Notes: generated from the letters alone by a model not told the origin. A stretch of 64,000 nucleotides of DNA from Pecten maximus (GCF_902652985.1 NC_047021.1:30132001-30196000), one strand, 5' to 3'; shown: positions 52,901 to 62,309, counted from the first letter of the stretch. Numbers and translations are program-made.

Positions 52901-54004
52901 GATTTGTTAATTAAGGCAAATAAATCATAAATTCCAACCTAGACATTTCTCTTAAAGTAGGCAATCCTCAGTGTAAAGGGAGGCGATGGTCAGTGTCAAG
53001 GGAGACAATCATAAACATCAAGGGAGACAATCATCAACTTCAAGGGAGACAATCATCAATTTCAAGGGAGACAATCATCAAGTTCAAGGAAGGGAATTGT
53101 CAGTGTCAAGGGAGACAATAATCAACGTCAAGGGAGACAATCATCAATTTCAAGGGAGATGTCATGGGAGACAATCATTTACTTAAAAGGAGACAATCAT
53201 CAACTTCAAGGGAGACAATCATCAAGTTCAAGGAAGGGAATTGTCAGTGTCAAGGGAGACAATAATCAACGTCAAGGGAGACAAACATCAATTTCAACGG
53301 AGATGTCATGGGAGACAATCATCAATTTCAACGGAGATGTCATGGGAAACAATCATCAACTTCAAGGGAAGTAATCGTCAGTGTCAAGGGAGATAATCTG
53401 ACATATTTGCAGGTGTATAAAGACGGTTCATAAACAATACGCGGTTTATCACTCAGTTTACGGCCAAACAATTAATTGAAACTCACCGTTGGCATAGCTA
53501 CTGTAATCTGTGTCACTCTGACCTGTATGGCTTGTGATAGGTGGCAGCACAGTCTGGTAGCCATTTTCTGGGATAGCACCATTCTGAGCTCGGTGGGAAA
53601 GTGACCTGTAGTTGTGTGCTGAATGTCTCAACAAGTCACCATTCTGTTTACTAGTATTAAAGTAGTCATGAGATCTGAAGCAAGAAGCAATATTGTTAGG
53701 TCTAACAAAACATCGGTCCTAAGATCATTAATTGTACAAAGTTTTGTTCAACTATTATTATATACAAAACTAACATAATAAATCTTTAGCAGAAAAACCA
53801 GCCATCAATTAAATTTGTTTGTGAGATGAATCTTGGTTTTGGGTATAAAGAAAATGCTACTCTCGATGGCATTGTCACTTTAAGTGTCTTATATTTATAC
53901 TTACACATTGCGCGGGGTCGCAAGGGTTGCTAGGCGACGTATGTCACCAGGGGATGACGGTCTGGCTTTCAGAGACAGGAAGAAATTCTCCTCAGTTGTG
54001 TAAT
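11214..54004 (-). CDS. DNAH3: Axonemal dynein heavy chain, single-headed inner-arm class (DNAH3-like). Span of 37 traced coding exons, partial: it continues beyond the left edge and probably upstream.
   Basis: Phase-consistent GT-AG exon chain. Translation has [52 protein letters not shown]1 Walker A GPAGTGKT, Walker [34 protein letters not shown] and AAA2 GDPLGGKT. GDPxGGKT and RPK..K..IP..G.VYD resemble DNAH3 as I recall it; the paralog call (vs DNAH7/12) needs a tree. Confidence 0.93.
12079..12264. mobile_element. MITE with CAGGGCTTTTTCT terminal inverted repeats (hAT-like ends)
   Basis: cagggctttttct...agaaaaagccctg, flanked on both sides by aaatg. Confidence 0.7.
13754..13771 (-). CDS. 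Candidate 18-nt phase 2-2 microexon (changes KYPKPKE to KYPKLGHITRPKE)
   Basis: Long AG-free tract, attcag|GCTGGGCCATATTACACG|gtaagt; consensus donor, frame preserved. Confidence 0.7.
13952..13980. repeat. (TA)n microsatellite
   Basis: Direct. Confidence 0.9.
15021..15281 (-). CDS. DNAH3: Dynein HC exon ([10 protein letters not shown]...[11 protein letters not shown]...SKYPK)
   Basis: 261 nt, phase 2-2, cag/gtgag. Confidence 0.92.
15757..15890 (-). CDS. DNAH3: Dynein HC exon ([10 protein letters not shown]...LMLDV)
   Basis: 134 nt, phase 0-2. Confidence 0.92.
15985..16795. repeat. 48-nt tandem repeat, about 17 copies
   Basis: (ggtttatctggagaaatatcacaacttaatatactgatggtatatcac)n. Confidence 0.95.
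16830..16944 (-). CDS. DNAH3: Dynein HC exon ([15 protein letters not shown]...EIIK)
   Basis: 115 nt, phase 2-0. Confidence 0.93.
17249..17349 (-). CDS. DNAH3: Dynein HC exon ([11 protein letters not shown]...ASPATVSR)
   Basis: 101 nt, phase 0-2. Confidence 0.95.
17705..17835 (-). CDS. DNAH3: Dynein HC exon, AAA2 ([26 protein letters not shown])
   Basis: 131 nt, phase 1-0. Confidence 0.95.
18003..18227. mobile_element. Tc1/mariner-superfamily-type MITE
   Basis: TA|cagtctacc...ggtagactg|TA; the imperfect TIR extends to tatcgccac. Confidence 0.8.
18330..18417 (-). CDS. DNAH3: Dynein HC exon ([30 protein letters not shown])
   Basis: 88 nt, phase 0-1. Confidence 0.95.
18785..18919 (-). CDS. 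DNAH3: Dynein HC exon, AAA2 P-loop ([16 protein letters not shown])
   Basis: 135 nt, phase 0-0. Confidence 0.95.
19190..19557. repeat. Degenerate ~19/38-nt tandem repeat built on atttacctgta (minus strand TACAG|GTAAAT)
   Basis: About 10 copies abutting the donor of exon 19558-19722. Confidence 0.85.
19558..19722 (-). CDS. DNAH3: Dynein HC exon ([19 protein letters not shown]...DKIIQ)
   Basis: 165 nt, phase 0-0. Confidence 0.95.
20464..20916 (-). CDS. DNAH3: Dynein HC exon, AAA1 (VLSVIAQQ...TMNPGYAGR...[13 protein letters not shown]...NLPK)
   Basis: 453 nt, phase 0-0. Confidence 0.97.
21637..21756 (-). CDS. DNAH3: Dynein HC exon, AAA1 Walker B ([11 protein letters not shown]...[11 protein letters not shown])
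   Basis: 120 nt, phase 0-0. Confidence 0.97.
21943..22051 (-). CDS. DNAH3: Dynein HC exon, AAA1 Walker A (GPAGTGKT)
   Basis: 109 nt, phase 2-0. Confidence 0.97.
22319..22517 (-). CDS. DNAH3: Dynein HC exon (RDVIANL...WISQLRYY...[21 protein letters not shown])
   Basis: 199 nt, phase 1-2. Confidence 0.96.
22840..22978 (-). CDS. DNAH3: Dynein HC exon ([10 protein letters not shown]...LIVIDVH)
   Basis: 139 nt, phase 0-1. Confidence 0.95.
23100..23912. repeat. ~20-21-nt tandem repeat built on atttacctgtatg (minus strand CATACAG|GTAAAT)
   Basis: More than 20 copies abutting the donor of exon 23913-24065. Confidence 0.9.
23913..24065 (-). CDS. DNAH3: Dynein HC exon (VEDVMKLSL...WPGQIVL...WTTEVTQ)
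   Basis: 153 nt, phase 0-0. Confidence 0.95.
24301..24529 (-). CDS. DNAH3: Dynein HC exon, linker ([19 protein letters not shown]...ERWLLQ)
   Basis: 229 nt, phase 2-0. Confidence 0.96.
24872..24939 (-). CDS. DNAH3: Dynein HC exon ([23 protein letters not shown])
   Basis: 68 nt, phase 0-2. Confidence 0.95.
25392..25482 (-). CDS. DNAH3: Dynein HC exon (KTIMEHAVL...KLQKSE)
   Basis: 91 nt, phase 2-0. Confidence 0.92.
26316..26455 (-). CDS. DNAH3: Dynein HC exon ([24 protein letters not shown]...DGHW)
   Basis: 140 nt, phase 0-2. Confidence 0.95.
26773..26973 (-). CDS. DNAH3: Dynein HC exon (ALTKMKDDW...[15 protein letters not shown]...DIRL)
   Basis: 201 nt, phase 0-0. Confidence 0.95.
27270..27398 (-). 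CDS. DNAH3: Dynein HC exon ([13 protein letters not shown]...ASKEFALEK)
   Basis: 129 nt, phase 0-0. Confidence 0.94.
27703..27891 (-). CDS. DNAH3: Dynein HC exon ([11 protein letters not shown]...[11 protein letters not shown]...NEK)
   Basis: 189 nt, phase 0-0. Confidence 0.94.
28119..28313 (-). CDS. DNAH3: Dynein HC exon ([11 protein letters not shown]...EPYEKLW...VEEE)
   Basis: 195 nt, phase 0-0. Confidence 0.93.
29078..29273 (-). CDS. DNAH3: Dynein HC tail exon (ENKLQREH...FLEE)
   Basis: 196 nt, phase 2-0. Confidence 0.9.
29650..29780 (-). CDS. DNAH3: Dynein HC tail exon ([16 protein letters not shown]...FSWADRI...)
   Basis: 131 nt, phase 0-2. Confidence 0.9.
30113..30316 (-). CDS. DNAH3: Dynein HC tail exon (WLIDRARY...NTEELV...LELK)
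   Basis: 204 nt, phase 0-0. Confidence 0.9.
30561..30865 (-). mobile_element. tRNA-derived CORE-type SINE with an internal ~65-nt duplication
   Basis: Minus strand: GGGGATGTGGTAGCTCAGTTGG (A box) ... GTATCCTTGGGCAAGTCAC (CORE-like); similar to 49035-49342. Confidence 0.75.
31055..31259 (-). CDS. DNAH3: Dynein HC tail exon ([12 protein letters not shown]...LDCNHINK)
   Basis: 205 nt, phase 2-0. Confidence 0.9.
31653..31906 (-). CDS. DNAH3: Dynein HC tail exon ([15 protein letters not shown]...NEFGPT)
   Basis: 254 nt, phase 0-2. Confidence 0.9.
32201..32407 (-). CDS. DNAH3: Dynein HC tail exon ([20 protein letters not shown]...KFFM)
   Basis: 207 nt, phase 0-0. Confidence 0.9.
32588..32786 (-). 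CDS. DNAH3: Dynein HC tail exon (YGMFRLIDL...PQDDP)
   Basis: 199 nt, phase 2-0. Confidence 0.9.
33170..33300 (-). CDS. DNAH3: Dynein HC tail exon ([14 protein letters not shown]...LYITHPIM...)
   Basis: 131 nt, phase 0-2. Confidence 0.9.
33627..33731 (-). CDS. DNAH3: Dynein HC tail exon ([21 protein letters not shown]...MPEK)
   Basis: 105 nt, phase 0-0; KKAILDYIL motif of inner-arm dynein N-termini. Confidence 0.92.
34167..34305 (-). CDS. DNAH3: Dynein HC N-terminal exon ([10 protein letters not shown]...KQFLK)
   Basis: 139 nt, phase 2-0. Confidence 0.88.
34421..34589 (-). CDS. DNAH3: Dynein HC N-terminal exon (DESDDDSGG...[11 protein letters not shown])
   Basis: 169 nt, phase 1-2. Confidence 0.85.
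34960..36204. repeat. 72/77-nt tandem repeat containing AG|GTCAGAAC on the minus strand
   Basis: About 16 copies abutting the donor of exon 36205-36387. Confidence 0.93.
36205..36387 (-). CDS. DNAH3: Dynein HC N-terminal extension exon ([13 protein letters not shown]...RPSSPP...EDQSQ)
   Basis: tattttattccag|...CAAG|gtcaga; 183 nt, phase 1-1, the only open frame matching both neighbours. Confidence 0.8.
36890..37340. repeat. 63-nt tandem repeat, about 7 copies
   Basis: Direct periodicity ([21 protein letters not shown] pseudo-ORF). Confidence 0.93.
39907..45415. repeat. 5.5-kb C/A-rich minisatellite, core unit ccacctcacccacactgt (18 nt) with shorter variants
   Basis: Direct periodicity. Confidence 0.97.
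46428..47185. repeat. 25-nt tandem repeat (cctggacatacaaaatcttataaca)n
   Basis: Direct periodicity. Confidence 0.95.
47590..47790 (-). mobile_element. Degenerate copy of the CORE-type SINE
   Basis: ggtggctacctcaatgaa...atccagagca motifs match the 30561 and 49035 copies. Confidence 0.45.
48049..48245. mobile_element. Foldback (palindromic) MITE
   Basis: ctggcccaaggtttcattaac...attgatgaaactggtcccag, with complementary arms (ttccttaa/ttaaggaa). Confidence 0.75.
48721..48898. mobile_element. Second copy of the foldback MITE family (a fragment also lies near 24685-24800)
   Basis: ccagttttatcaacgttcctt...tgataaaactggg; shares atgctttcctatgg with the 48049 copy. Confidence 0.7.
49035..49342 (+). 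mobile_element. tRNA-derived CORE-type SINE
   Basis: A box tagctcagttg, B-box-like ggtttgaaccc, CORE-like gtgcccttgggcaggacactttaccccaattg, tail aaatgaccctggctgtt...caaacaaaca. Confidence 0.75.
50121..50357 (-). mobile_element. Degenerate copy of the CORE-type SINE
   Basis: gtagtagttgatggctacctc, catacaagagg, gtcttgcctgagggcac and gaaacacaaact match the family. Confidence 0.55.
50400..50905. repeat. 178-nt tandem repeat, about 2.8 copies
   Basis: gagtctactctgcaatcc at 50415, 50593 and 50771. Confidence 0.92.
52960..53400. repeat. ~22-nt tandem repeat (caagggagacaatcatcaattt)n
   Basis: Direct periodicity. Confidence 0.9.
53487..53650 (-). CDS. DNAH3: Dynein HC N-terminal extension exon (KQNGDLLRH...[11 protein letters not shown]...SSYAN); alternative in-frame acceptor at 53605
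   Basis: AACG|gtgagt donor; phase 2-1, joins exon 36387 in frame across a 17-kb intron. Confidence 0.7.
53905..54004 (-). CDS. DNAH3: Dynein HC N-terminal extension exon ([32 protein letters not shown])
   Basis: tttatcttttacatag|...AATGT|gtaagt; 100 nt, phase 1-2, CpG-rich like the other exons. Confidence 0.72.
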
Positions 54005-54639
54005 CTATGTAAAAGATAAATCATGTCAAAAAGACATTCAACTTCAACTTAATCTTAATCTATTTTTTGCTGCTAAAGTAAAAACAATTTTATGCGACCA
54101 CTATCTGTTTTGTGAACTATTTACAATATAAACAGGCTGAGTGAAAATGAATGTCAACCTTGTTATACTGTCATCTGTCAAAGAATACCGACATTATAAA
54201 GAGCTTGCCAATATATTGAGTGATCATAGTTAGGAAAACATAAAGGGGACCTTGATCTATGATGGAGGTAGGACTGTCAGCATGCTGAATAAATCTGTGT
54301 TCAAATCAATTCCTCTAAAACCTGGTTGTCCACATAACAGGAGATAGGAAACATACTCAAATCGCCAGCATACTCAATAATATAATAAATATTAGCACTT
54401 ACCAACTTATTTGTTTTAATATTGTTAGAATCAATTTGCTACTGATATTTCCTTCCCTGTGTAGCCAGAGAGGTAATTAGTGTGGGATCGATATCGCGAC
54501 ACTGTTTGTGGAGTTTGTTTACTGTATCTGATTAATCCATCACTTTGTTTACTCTCACTTGAACTAATATTAGTACAGATCACTAGTGTCTTTATAATTA
54601 GGTATTAGGTGAAGTATTAATCTTTACTTAAATCCAGCA

Positions 54640-55220
54640 GGAGACAGAATCAACAATTAAGATACAGAATCTTTATTTAGATTCAACAAAATACCGAATC
54701 TTTTTTCAGATTCAACAAGAGACGGAATCTTTATTTAGAGTCAACAATTAAGATACAGAATCTTTATTTAGATTCAACAATTAAGATACAGAATCTTTAT
54801 TTAGATTCAACAAGAGATAGAATCTGTTTTTAGATTCAACAAGAGACAGAATCTTTATCTAAATTCAACAACTACAAGAGACAGAATATTTTTTTTTTAG
54901 ATTCAACAAGATACAGAATCTTTATCTAAATTCAACAACTACAAGAGACAGAATCTTTTTTTAGATTGAACAAGAGACTTTATCTAAATTTAAAAAAAAC
55001 CAAGAGACAGAATCTTATTTTAGAGTCAATAATATCCTGAATGTTTATTTAGATTCTACCAGATATATATTTTTTTCAGATTCAACAAGATATTGAATCT
55101 TTATTTGAATTCAACAACATACTGAATCTTAATTAACATTCAACAAAATACTGAATCTTTATTTAGATTTAACAAGATACAGAATCTTTATTTGAATTCA
55201 ACAAGATAATGAATCTTTAT
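54640..55220. repeat. Degenerate ~29-nt tandem repeat (agattcaacaagatacagaatctttattt)n
   Basis: Direct periodicity. Confidence 0.88.
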
Positions 55221-56404
55221 AGAGATTTAAAAAAGTACTCCAAACCCTGAAATCAAGAAAAACTTGTCAAATGAAATAAAAACTTGCCTATTCCTGGATT
55301 GAAGTAGATCATTAAGAAATAGCTTATTTTTCACACATGAATTTTGTAATCTATTTGAAATAATTTTTGAACTATAATCAAAATTGAAAAAAAAATTAAC
55401 CCTGTTTCTTGTCCTTTGTGCATGTGCAAACTTGTTTCAGAGTCAGATTAACTCTTTTTTATTTAATCTTGACAAGAAATTTCTTTTTTAAACAAGGAGC
55501 TAAAATCATTGCATTCTCTTATGGCAACAAGTTTCAAACAGAATATCTCAATGAAGTCCACAACAAAAAATCACCTGTCATCGTTTTCATAAAAGGTAAA
55601 CAATTATCACATTATAATAGTTTCAAACATTACACAAACAATACATCTCTCTTAAATCAACGAATCAATGCAAAAGTGCTGCAAGAAAACTAAAATGATG
55701 TTTAAACTCTGCAACACAAATCATTCAGCAAGAAGATGAGGTTCGAGTTTTGAGAACTTATCCATTTGTTTGTTTTGACAATTAAGTATGTTAAAATCAA
55801 TTATTTACCCCAAACAATCCATTCTATAACACTCTCTGAACAAGGGTCAGAAATCTAAATATTTTATTAGCACTCATTTCTAGTCAACAAAACTTACCTT
55901 ATATTAACACTATATCTAGCCCCTGGTAAATAACCCTCCTAAATAAACCCTTAAAGCCCCACACAAATCGTTTAATTCTCCTCAGGGTTTACATAGAAGT
56001 CGATGGCAGAAATAAATGTTGTATCATCGTTACACTAGCATTACTAGCATACCTTACTGACAAGCTCCTAAAAATACCCTGGCTCTTAAAAAAACAGATA
56101 AAACAGCATGTAAATGTTGACATTGTTTGATGTGATTCACTGTTTTCTACAGTCACAATTAATTAAGCTTCCTCATCTCGAACTCTGATAATTTAAAGAC
56201 TCTGCTTGACTCAAATTAAAATTTCAGTTCTGACAGTGAAAATTCTATGTAAAATGTACTCGGCTACCTTATATACTTAGGATATCTTGTACTAGGCTAC
56301 CTTATATACTTAGGATATCTTGTACTCGGCTACATTATATACTTAGGATATCTAGTTTTTCCATGACCCCACCTGCAATTCCAAGATAACGAGGTTTGAA
56401 TGAA

Positions 56405-56925
56405 TAATTACATTACCTGGATACAGTTTGACATGTCACTGTTCACTGGCCAGGCTATCTACATTACCTGGATACAGTTTGACATGTCACTGTTCACTGG
56501 CCATGCTATCTACATTACCTGGATACAGTTTGACATGTCACTGTTCACTGGCCAGGCTATCTACATTACCTGGATACAGTTTGACATGTCACTGTTCACT
56601 GGCCAGGCTATCTACATTACCTGGATACAGTTTGACATTCTCATTTGACATGTCACTGTTTACTGGCCAGGCTATCTACATTACCTGGATACAGTTTGAC
56701 ATGTCACTGTTCACTGGCCAGGCTATCTACATTACCTGGATACAGTTTGACATGTCACTGTTCACTGGCAATGCTATCTACATTACCTGGATACAGTTTG
56801 ACATGTCACTGTTCACTGGCCAGGCTATCTACATTACCTGGATACAGTTTGACAGTCTCATTTGACATGTCACTGTTTACTGGCAAGGCTATCTACATTA
56901 CCTGGATACAGTTTGACAAGTCACT
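56405..56925. repeat. 51-nt tandem repeat, about 10 copies
   Basis: (cattacctggatacagtttgacatgtcactgttcactggccaggctatcta)n. Confidence 0.95.
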
Positions 56926-57309
56926 GTCCACCTACTGTGAATCTCCTACTTACTTACATTTTTTTTTAACTTTTGTTTTGATCAATGTATTGGCAAACCA
57001 AATTTCAAGTTATCAAAAATAGAAGTATAACATGGCACAGCTGTATAGAACAATTAGGTTGTCCTTTCCAAAATGAGGAATTTTGTTTATGATTAAAGCA
57101 TATAAAAATTCTATATATTCCAATTTCTGATTTTTAAATTCTGTGTTCTGATAACATAAGAAAAATTGAAATTAATAAGATGACTACTTTATTCAACATT
57201 CAATTGATAAATAAAAACTTAAATATTTGTTTTCAGAGCAGAAACTAGCAAAACCAGGTGTAGTGTCGCAAAGTTCTCTCCTAAGACATAGTGATATCAG
57301 CAGCAAAAA

Positions 57310-59785
57310 TATTTAACAAAGGGCTATAACTCTGTATAATTGCTGGGAACCTGATGGGACAGACAGACTGACAGATTAAGTGTGTATAGTATAAAACAAA
57401 GAGCCATAACTCTGTAAAATTACTGGGAACCTGATGGGACAGACAGACTGACAGATTAAGGGTGTATAGTATAAAACTGGGACAGACAGACTGACAGATT
57501 AAGGGTGTATATAATAAAACAAAGGGCAATAACTCTGTATAATTGCTGGGAACCTGATGGGACATACAGACTGACAGATTAAGGGTGTATATTATAAAAC
57601 AAAGGGCCATAACTCTGTATAATTTTTGGATGCCTGATGGGACAGGCAAACTGACAGATTAAGGGTGTTTATTATAAAACAAAGGGCAATAACTCTGTAT
57701 AATTGCTGGGAACCTGATGGGACAGACAGACTGACAGATTAAGGGTGTATAGTATTAAACAAAGAGCCATAACTCTGTAAAATTACTGGGAACCTGATGG
57801 GACAGACAGACTGACAGATTAAGGGTGTATAGTATAAAACTGGGACAGACAGACTGACAGATTAAGGGTGTATATTATAAAACAAAGGGCCATAACTCTG
57901 TATAATTTTTGGATGCCTGATGGGACAGGCAAACTGACAGATTAAGGGTGTTTATTATAAAACAAAGGGCAATAACTCTGTATAATTGCTGGGAACCTGA
58001 TGGGACAGACAGACTGACCGATTAAGGGTGTATAGTATAAAACAAAGGGCTATAACTCTGTATAATTGCTGGGAACCTGATGGGACAGACAGACTGACAG
58101 ATTAAGGGTGTAAAGTATAAAACAAAGGGCAATAACTCTGTATAATTGCTGGGAACCTGGTGGGACAGACAGACTGACAGATTAAGTGTGTATAGTATAA
58201 AACAAAGAGCCATAACTCTGTAAAATTACTGGGAACCTGATGGGACAGACAGACTGACAGATTAAGGGTGTATAGTATAAAACTGGGACAGACAGACTGA
58301 CAGATTAAGGGTGTATATTATAAAACAAAGGGCCATAACTCTGTATAATTTTTGGATGCCTGATGGGGCAGGCAAACTGACAGATTAAGGGTGTTTATTA
58401 TAAAACAAAGGGCAATAACTCTGTATAATTGCTGGGAACCTGATGGGACAGACAGACTGACCGATTAAGGGTGTATAGTATAAAACAAAGGGCTATAACT
58501 CTGTATAATTGCTGGGAACCTGATGGGACATACAGACTGACAGATTAAGGGTGTATATTATAAAACAAAGGGCCATAACTCTGTATAATTTTTGGATGCC
58601 TGATGGGACAGGCAAACTGACAGATTAAGGGTGTTTATTATAAAACAAAGGGCTATAACTCTGTTTAATTGCTGGGAACCTGATGGGACAGACAGACTGA
58701 CAGATTAAGGGTGTATAGTATAAAACAAAGGGCAATAACTCTGTTTAATTGCTGGGAACCTGGTGGGACAGACAGACTGACAGATTAAGTGTGTATAGTA
58801 TAAAACAAAGAGCCATAACTCTGTAAAATTACTGGGAACCTGATGGGACAGACAGACTGACAGATTAAGGGTGTATAGTATAAAACTGGGACAGACAGAC
58901 TGACAGATTAAGGGTGTATATTATAAAACAAAGGGCCATAACTCTGTATAGTTTTTGGATGCCTGATGGGACAGGCAAACTGACAGATTAAGGGTGTTTA
59001 TTATAAAACAAAGGGCAATAACTCTGTATAATTGCTGGGAACCTGATGGGACAGACAGACTGACCGATTAAGGGTAGTATAAAACAAAGGGCTATAACTC
59101 TGTATAATTACAGGGAACCTGATGGGACAGACAGACTGACAGATTAAGGGTGTATAGTATAAAACAAAGGGCAATAACTCTGTATAATTGCTCGGAACCT
59201 GGTGGGACAGACAGACTGACAAATTAAGGGTGTATAGCATAAAACTGGGACAGACAGACTGACAGATTAAGGGTGTATATTATAAAACAAAGGACAATAA
59301 CTATGTATAATTGCTGGGAACCTGATGGGACAGACAGACTGACAGATTAAGGGGTATATCATAAAACAAAGGGCCATATCTCTGTATAATTTTTGGATGC
59401 CTGATGGGACAGGCAGACTGACAGATTAAGGGTGTATATTATAAAACAAAGGGCAATAACTCTGTATAATTGTTGGGAACCTGATGGGACAGACAGACTG
59501 ACAGATTAAGTGTGTATATTATAAAACAAAGGGCCATAACTCTTCATAATTTTTGGATGCCTGATGGGATAGGCAGACTGACAGATTAAGTTTGTATAGT
59601 ATAAAACAAAGGGCTATAACTCTGTATAATTTCTGGATACCAGATGGGACAGACTGACAGATTAAGTGTGTGTGGTATAAAACAAAGGGCCATAACTCTG
59701 TATAATTTCTGGATACCAGATGGGACAGGCAGACTGACAGATTAAGGGTGTATAGTATAAAACAAAGGGCTATAACTCTATTAAC
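57310..59785. repeat. 80-nt satellite with recurring ~43-nt deletion monomers
   Basis: (aaaacaaagggcaataactctgtataattgctgggaacctgatgggacagacagactgacagattaagggtgtatagtat)n. Confidence 0.95.
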
Positions 59786-59942
59786 CATCTTGTATCTGAC
59801 TTGAAACAGTGTCTGCTTGTACTGTTGGGGCTCAGGACTAATATTAGCTCACTTATAATATAATAGACTAACAGCTATTGTCACACAAATAACATTATAT
59901 TGTACAATGGTTACAAATAGTATTAGCAGCGATCAATGTTAC

Positions 59943-59975
59943 CTGTACACGTTCTATGTGATACCATCCACAGAC
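59943..59975 (-). CDS. Candidate 33-nt phase 1-1 exon (LWMVSHRTCT)
   Basis: tttctaatatctcctag|GTCTG...GTACAG|gtaaca; in frame with exon 54004. Confidence 0.45.
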
Positions 59976-61439
59976 CTAGGAGATATTAGAAATGTAAGCT
60001 TTAACTTAAAATTGATCAGTGGTAACACATATTGATCAATCAGATAGTATTTAAACTGACAATACCCTCATTTCAATAATATTATTGATCATAAAAAAAT
60101 CTTTTCCTGGTGAACCTGAAGTGACTCAATGAGTGAAGTCAAGGTGTGATGTCGCCTTTCTGTACATGTAATACAAGTTTCTCATAAATACCCTCAAAAT
60201 CAGGAAAAAAACCATAATAAATAGCTTGTAACTGTACCCAACAAACCTATTACCGAGATCGAAGACCTCAAAAATTATATCCATATATCTGTGAGTCAAT
60301 AGATCAGGTATGATATTCCGAGGAACATAACCTTCATAGCACTCTGTTGAATCACTAGCTAATTACCAGTAATAATGGCGAACAAAATTTTTACAATCTG
60401 TTTTAATATACAGTATTAATATGGATATTTATCCGATTTGCTAGCGTGAAGTTCAGAAAGGTAGTTATAAACATGAAAGAGAAGGAGATAATAGGTGTAA
60501 TCTGTACCTCATTAGAAATAGATAATAGGTATTGTGATTTTGTGATATCTACAGCAGAATTTAAGATGAATTACACTGCATGTAGCACCAATAGTACCAA
60601 CGACTACATTTACATTGAATATTTGCAACAATAAAAGATTTACCCTCAAAAACCAAGATTGTGACAACTTGATCTGATTTTTTCATAATACATATGAAAT
60701 ATAATATTATCTATATCCAAATTTAATATCATAACAAAAAATTCAGAGATTTATCAAACCAAATATTATTTACAAAATATCGAGTCTTTAACACAATGTA
60801 AAAGTTGCATTTTTGATGGTCCAAATTTTAAGTTTTATTTAAGTTAAAAAACCAATGGAATAGTTTGGTTGAAACTATAAAGCAGATAAATACTTTTCCT
60901 GATAATTTTATTCCAGAGGTAAATCTTCATTTGTATTTTTCCTGATTTAATTCAATCCTTGAGAAAAGCATTAAATACAGTGTACTGTAAAAAAAAAACC
61001 TTTTAATTATCAATCCATTCCACAGCAAAAAATAAATCAATTTCCAATCATTGGTGACAGTAAATATTAATATTAATATACAGAAACATCAAAGGGACAA
61101 ATATCACTAGACATGGATTTTTAACCGAGATTTAAACACAGAAAGTGATATTTAGCACCAGATGATATTACAAGTTTATAAACAGTGTATATGTTTCATT
61201 AATTTCAGACAAGAAAGTAAAGAATGGGAGTGACAAATCAATCGGTCCTAATTAAGGGACTTTGATCTGTCCCTTCCAAACCCAAACCAAAGTTCTGATC
61301 AACATACTGGCTGTACTTTGTTGTAAGACATAAATTATTTATCCAACCATTAAATCAATGGTGTTCTATCCTTGACAAGATCGATCTTTATTGACAGTTC
61401 TGACAGTTTATTTATAATGTCTGTTAGGCTTAATTCCAG

Positions 61440-61930
61440 TTTGTCCGAGCCTAACACAGGGTACCAATAGATTTAGACTTTCCAATACTGTCTGAACATC
61501 AACTTTCTGAAACAGTCTGAACAAGTTTTATAAATGGTATACCTACAAATTCAGGCTATCCAATATTGTCTGAACAAGTTTCATACAGGGTACTATACCT
61601 ACAGATTTAGGCTTTCCAATACAGTTTGAACAAGTTTCATACAGGGTACTATACCTACAGATTTAGGCTTTCCAATACAGTTGAACAAGTTTTAGGCTTT
61701 CCAATACAGTTTGAACAAGTTTTAGGCTTTCCAAGACAGTTTGAACAAGTTTTAATACAGTGTACGTTTAGTATAGACTAAGGCTGTTCAATACAATGTG
61801 AACCAGTTTTTTTTTATACAGGGTAACTTCAGATAACTTGGCTTTGCAATACAGTCTGAACCTGAGCTTTCCAATACTTGTGAACTTTTTTTTATATAGG
61901 GTACCTTTAGATTTTGGCTTTCTACAGTCT
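61440..61930. repeat. Degenerate tandem repeat (tttaggctttccaatacagtttgaacaag...)
   Basis: Direct periodicity, variable unit length. Confidence 0.8.
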
Positions 61931-62083
61931 TAACATGTGTTAGTACCTGTCCTTATAGTTGGAGCTTTGTCAGATTTCCACATGCATTCTTTCTATATGA
62001 CAGTGGGAGATACCTGTGTGACCAAAAGTTAATTGTGGTTGGGTAGTCAGAACCGTTTGGACCATTACTTAGTATATCAAGAT

Positions 62084-62309
62084 TTGGTTTATTGGTTTAT
62101 TTTGTTTAACGTCCTATTAACAGCCAGGGTCATTTAAGGACGTGCCAGGTTTTGGAGGTGGAGGAAAGCCGGAGTTCCCGGAGAAAAAAACACTGGCCTA
62201 CGGTTAGTACCTGGCAACTGCCCCACGTAGGTTTCGAACTCGCAACCCAGAGGTGGAGGGCTAGTGATAAAGTGTGGGGACAGCTTAACCACTCGACCAC
62301 CGCGGCCCC
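62084..62309 (-). mobile_element. Full-length tRNA-derived SINE with a 14-bp target-site duplication
   Basis: Minus strand: GGGGCCGCGGTGGTCGAGTGG (A box), GAGTTCGAAACC (B box), TTCTCCGGGAACTCCGGCTTTCCTCCAC centre, AATAAACC tail; tagtatatcaagat at 62070-62083 and 62318-62331. Confidence 0.9.

Noticed and set aside
830-56925. Many repeat units are multiples of 3 (33, 36, 48, 72, 63, 18, 51 nt)
   Set aside because: Others are not (20, 22, 25, 77, 80, 178 nt), and the ORF track highlights the 3n ones; there is no evidence of coding.
62240-62309. tRNA gene
   Set aside because: The A and B boxes belong to a SINE head followed by a SINE body, tail and TSD; no complete cloverleaf is evident.
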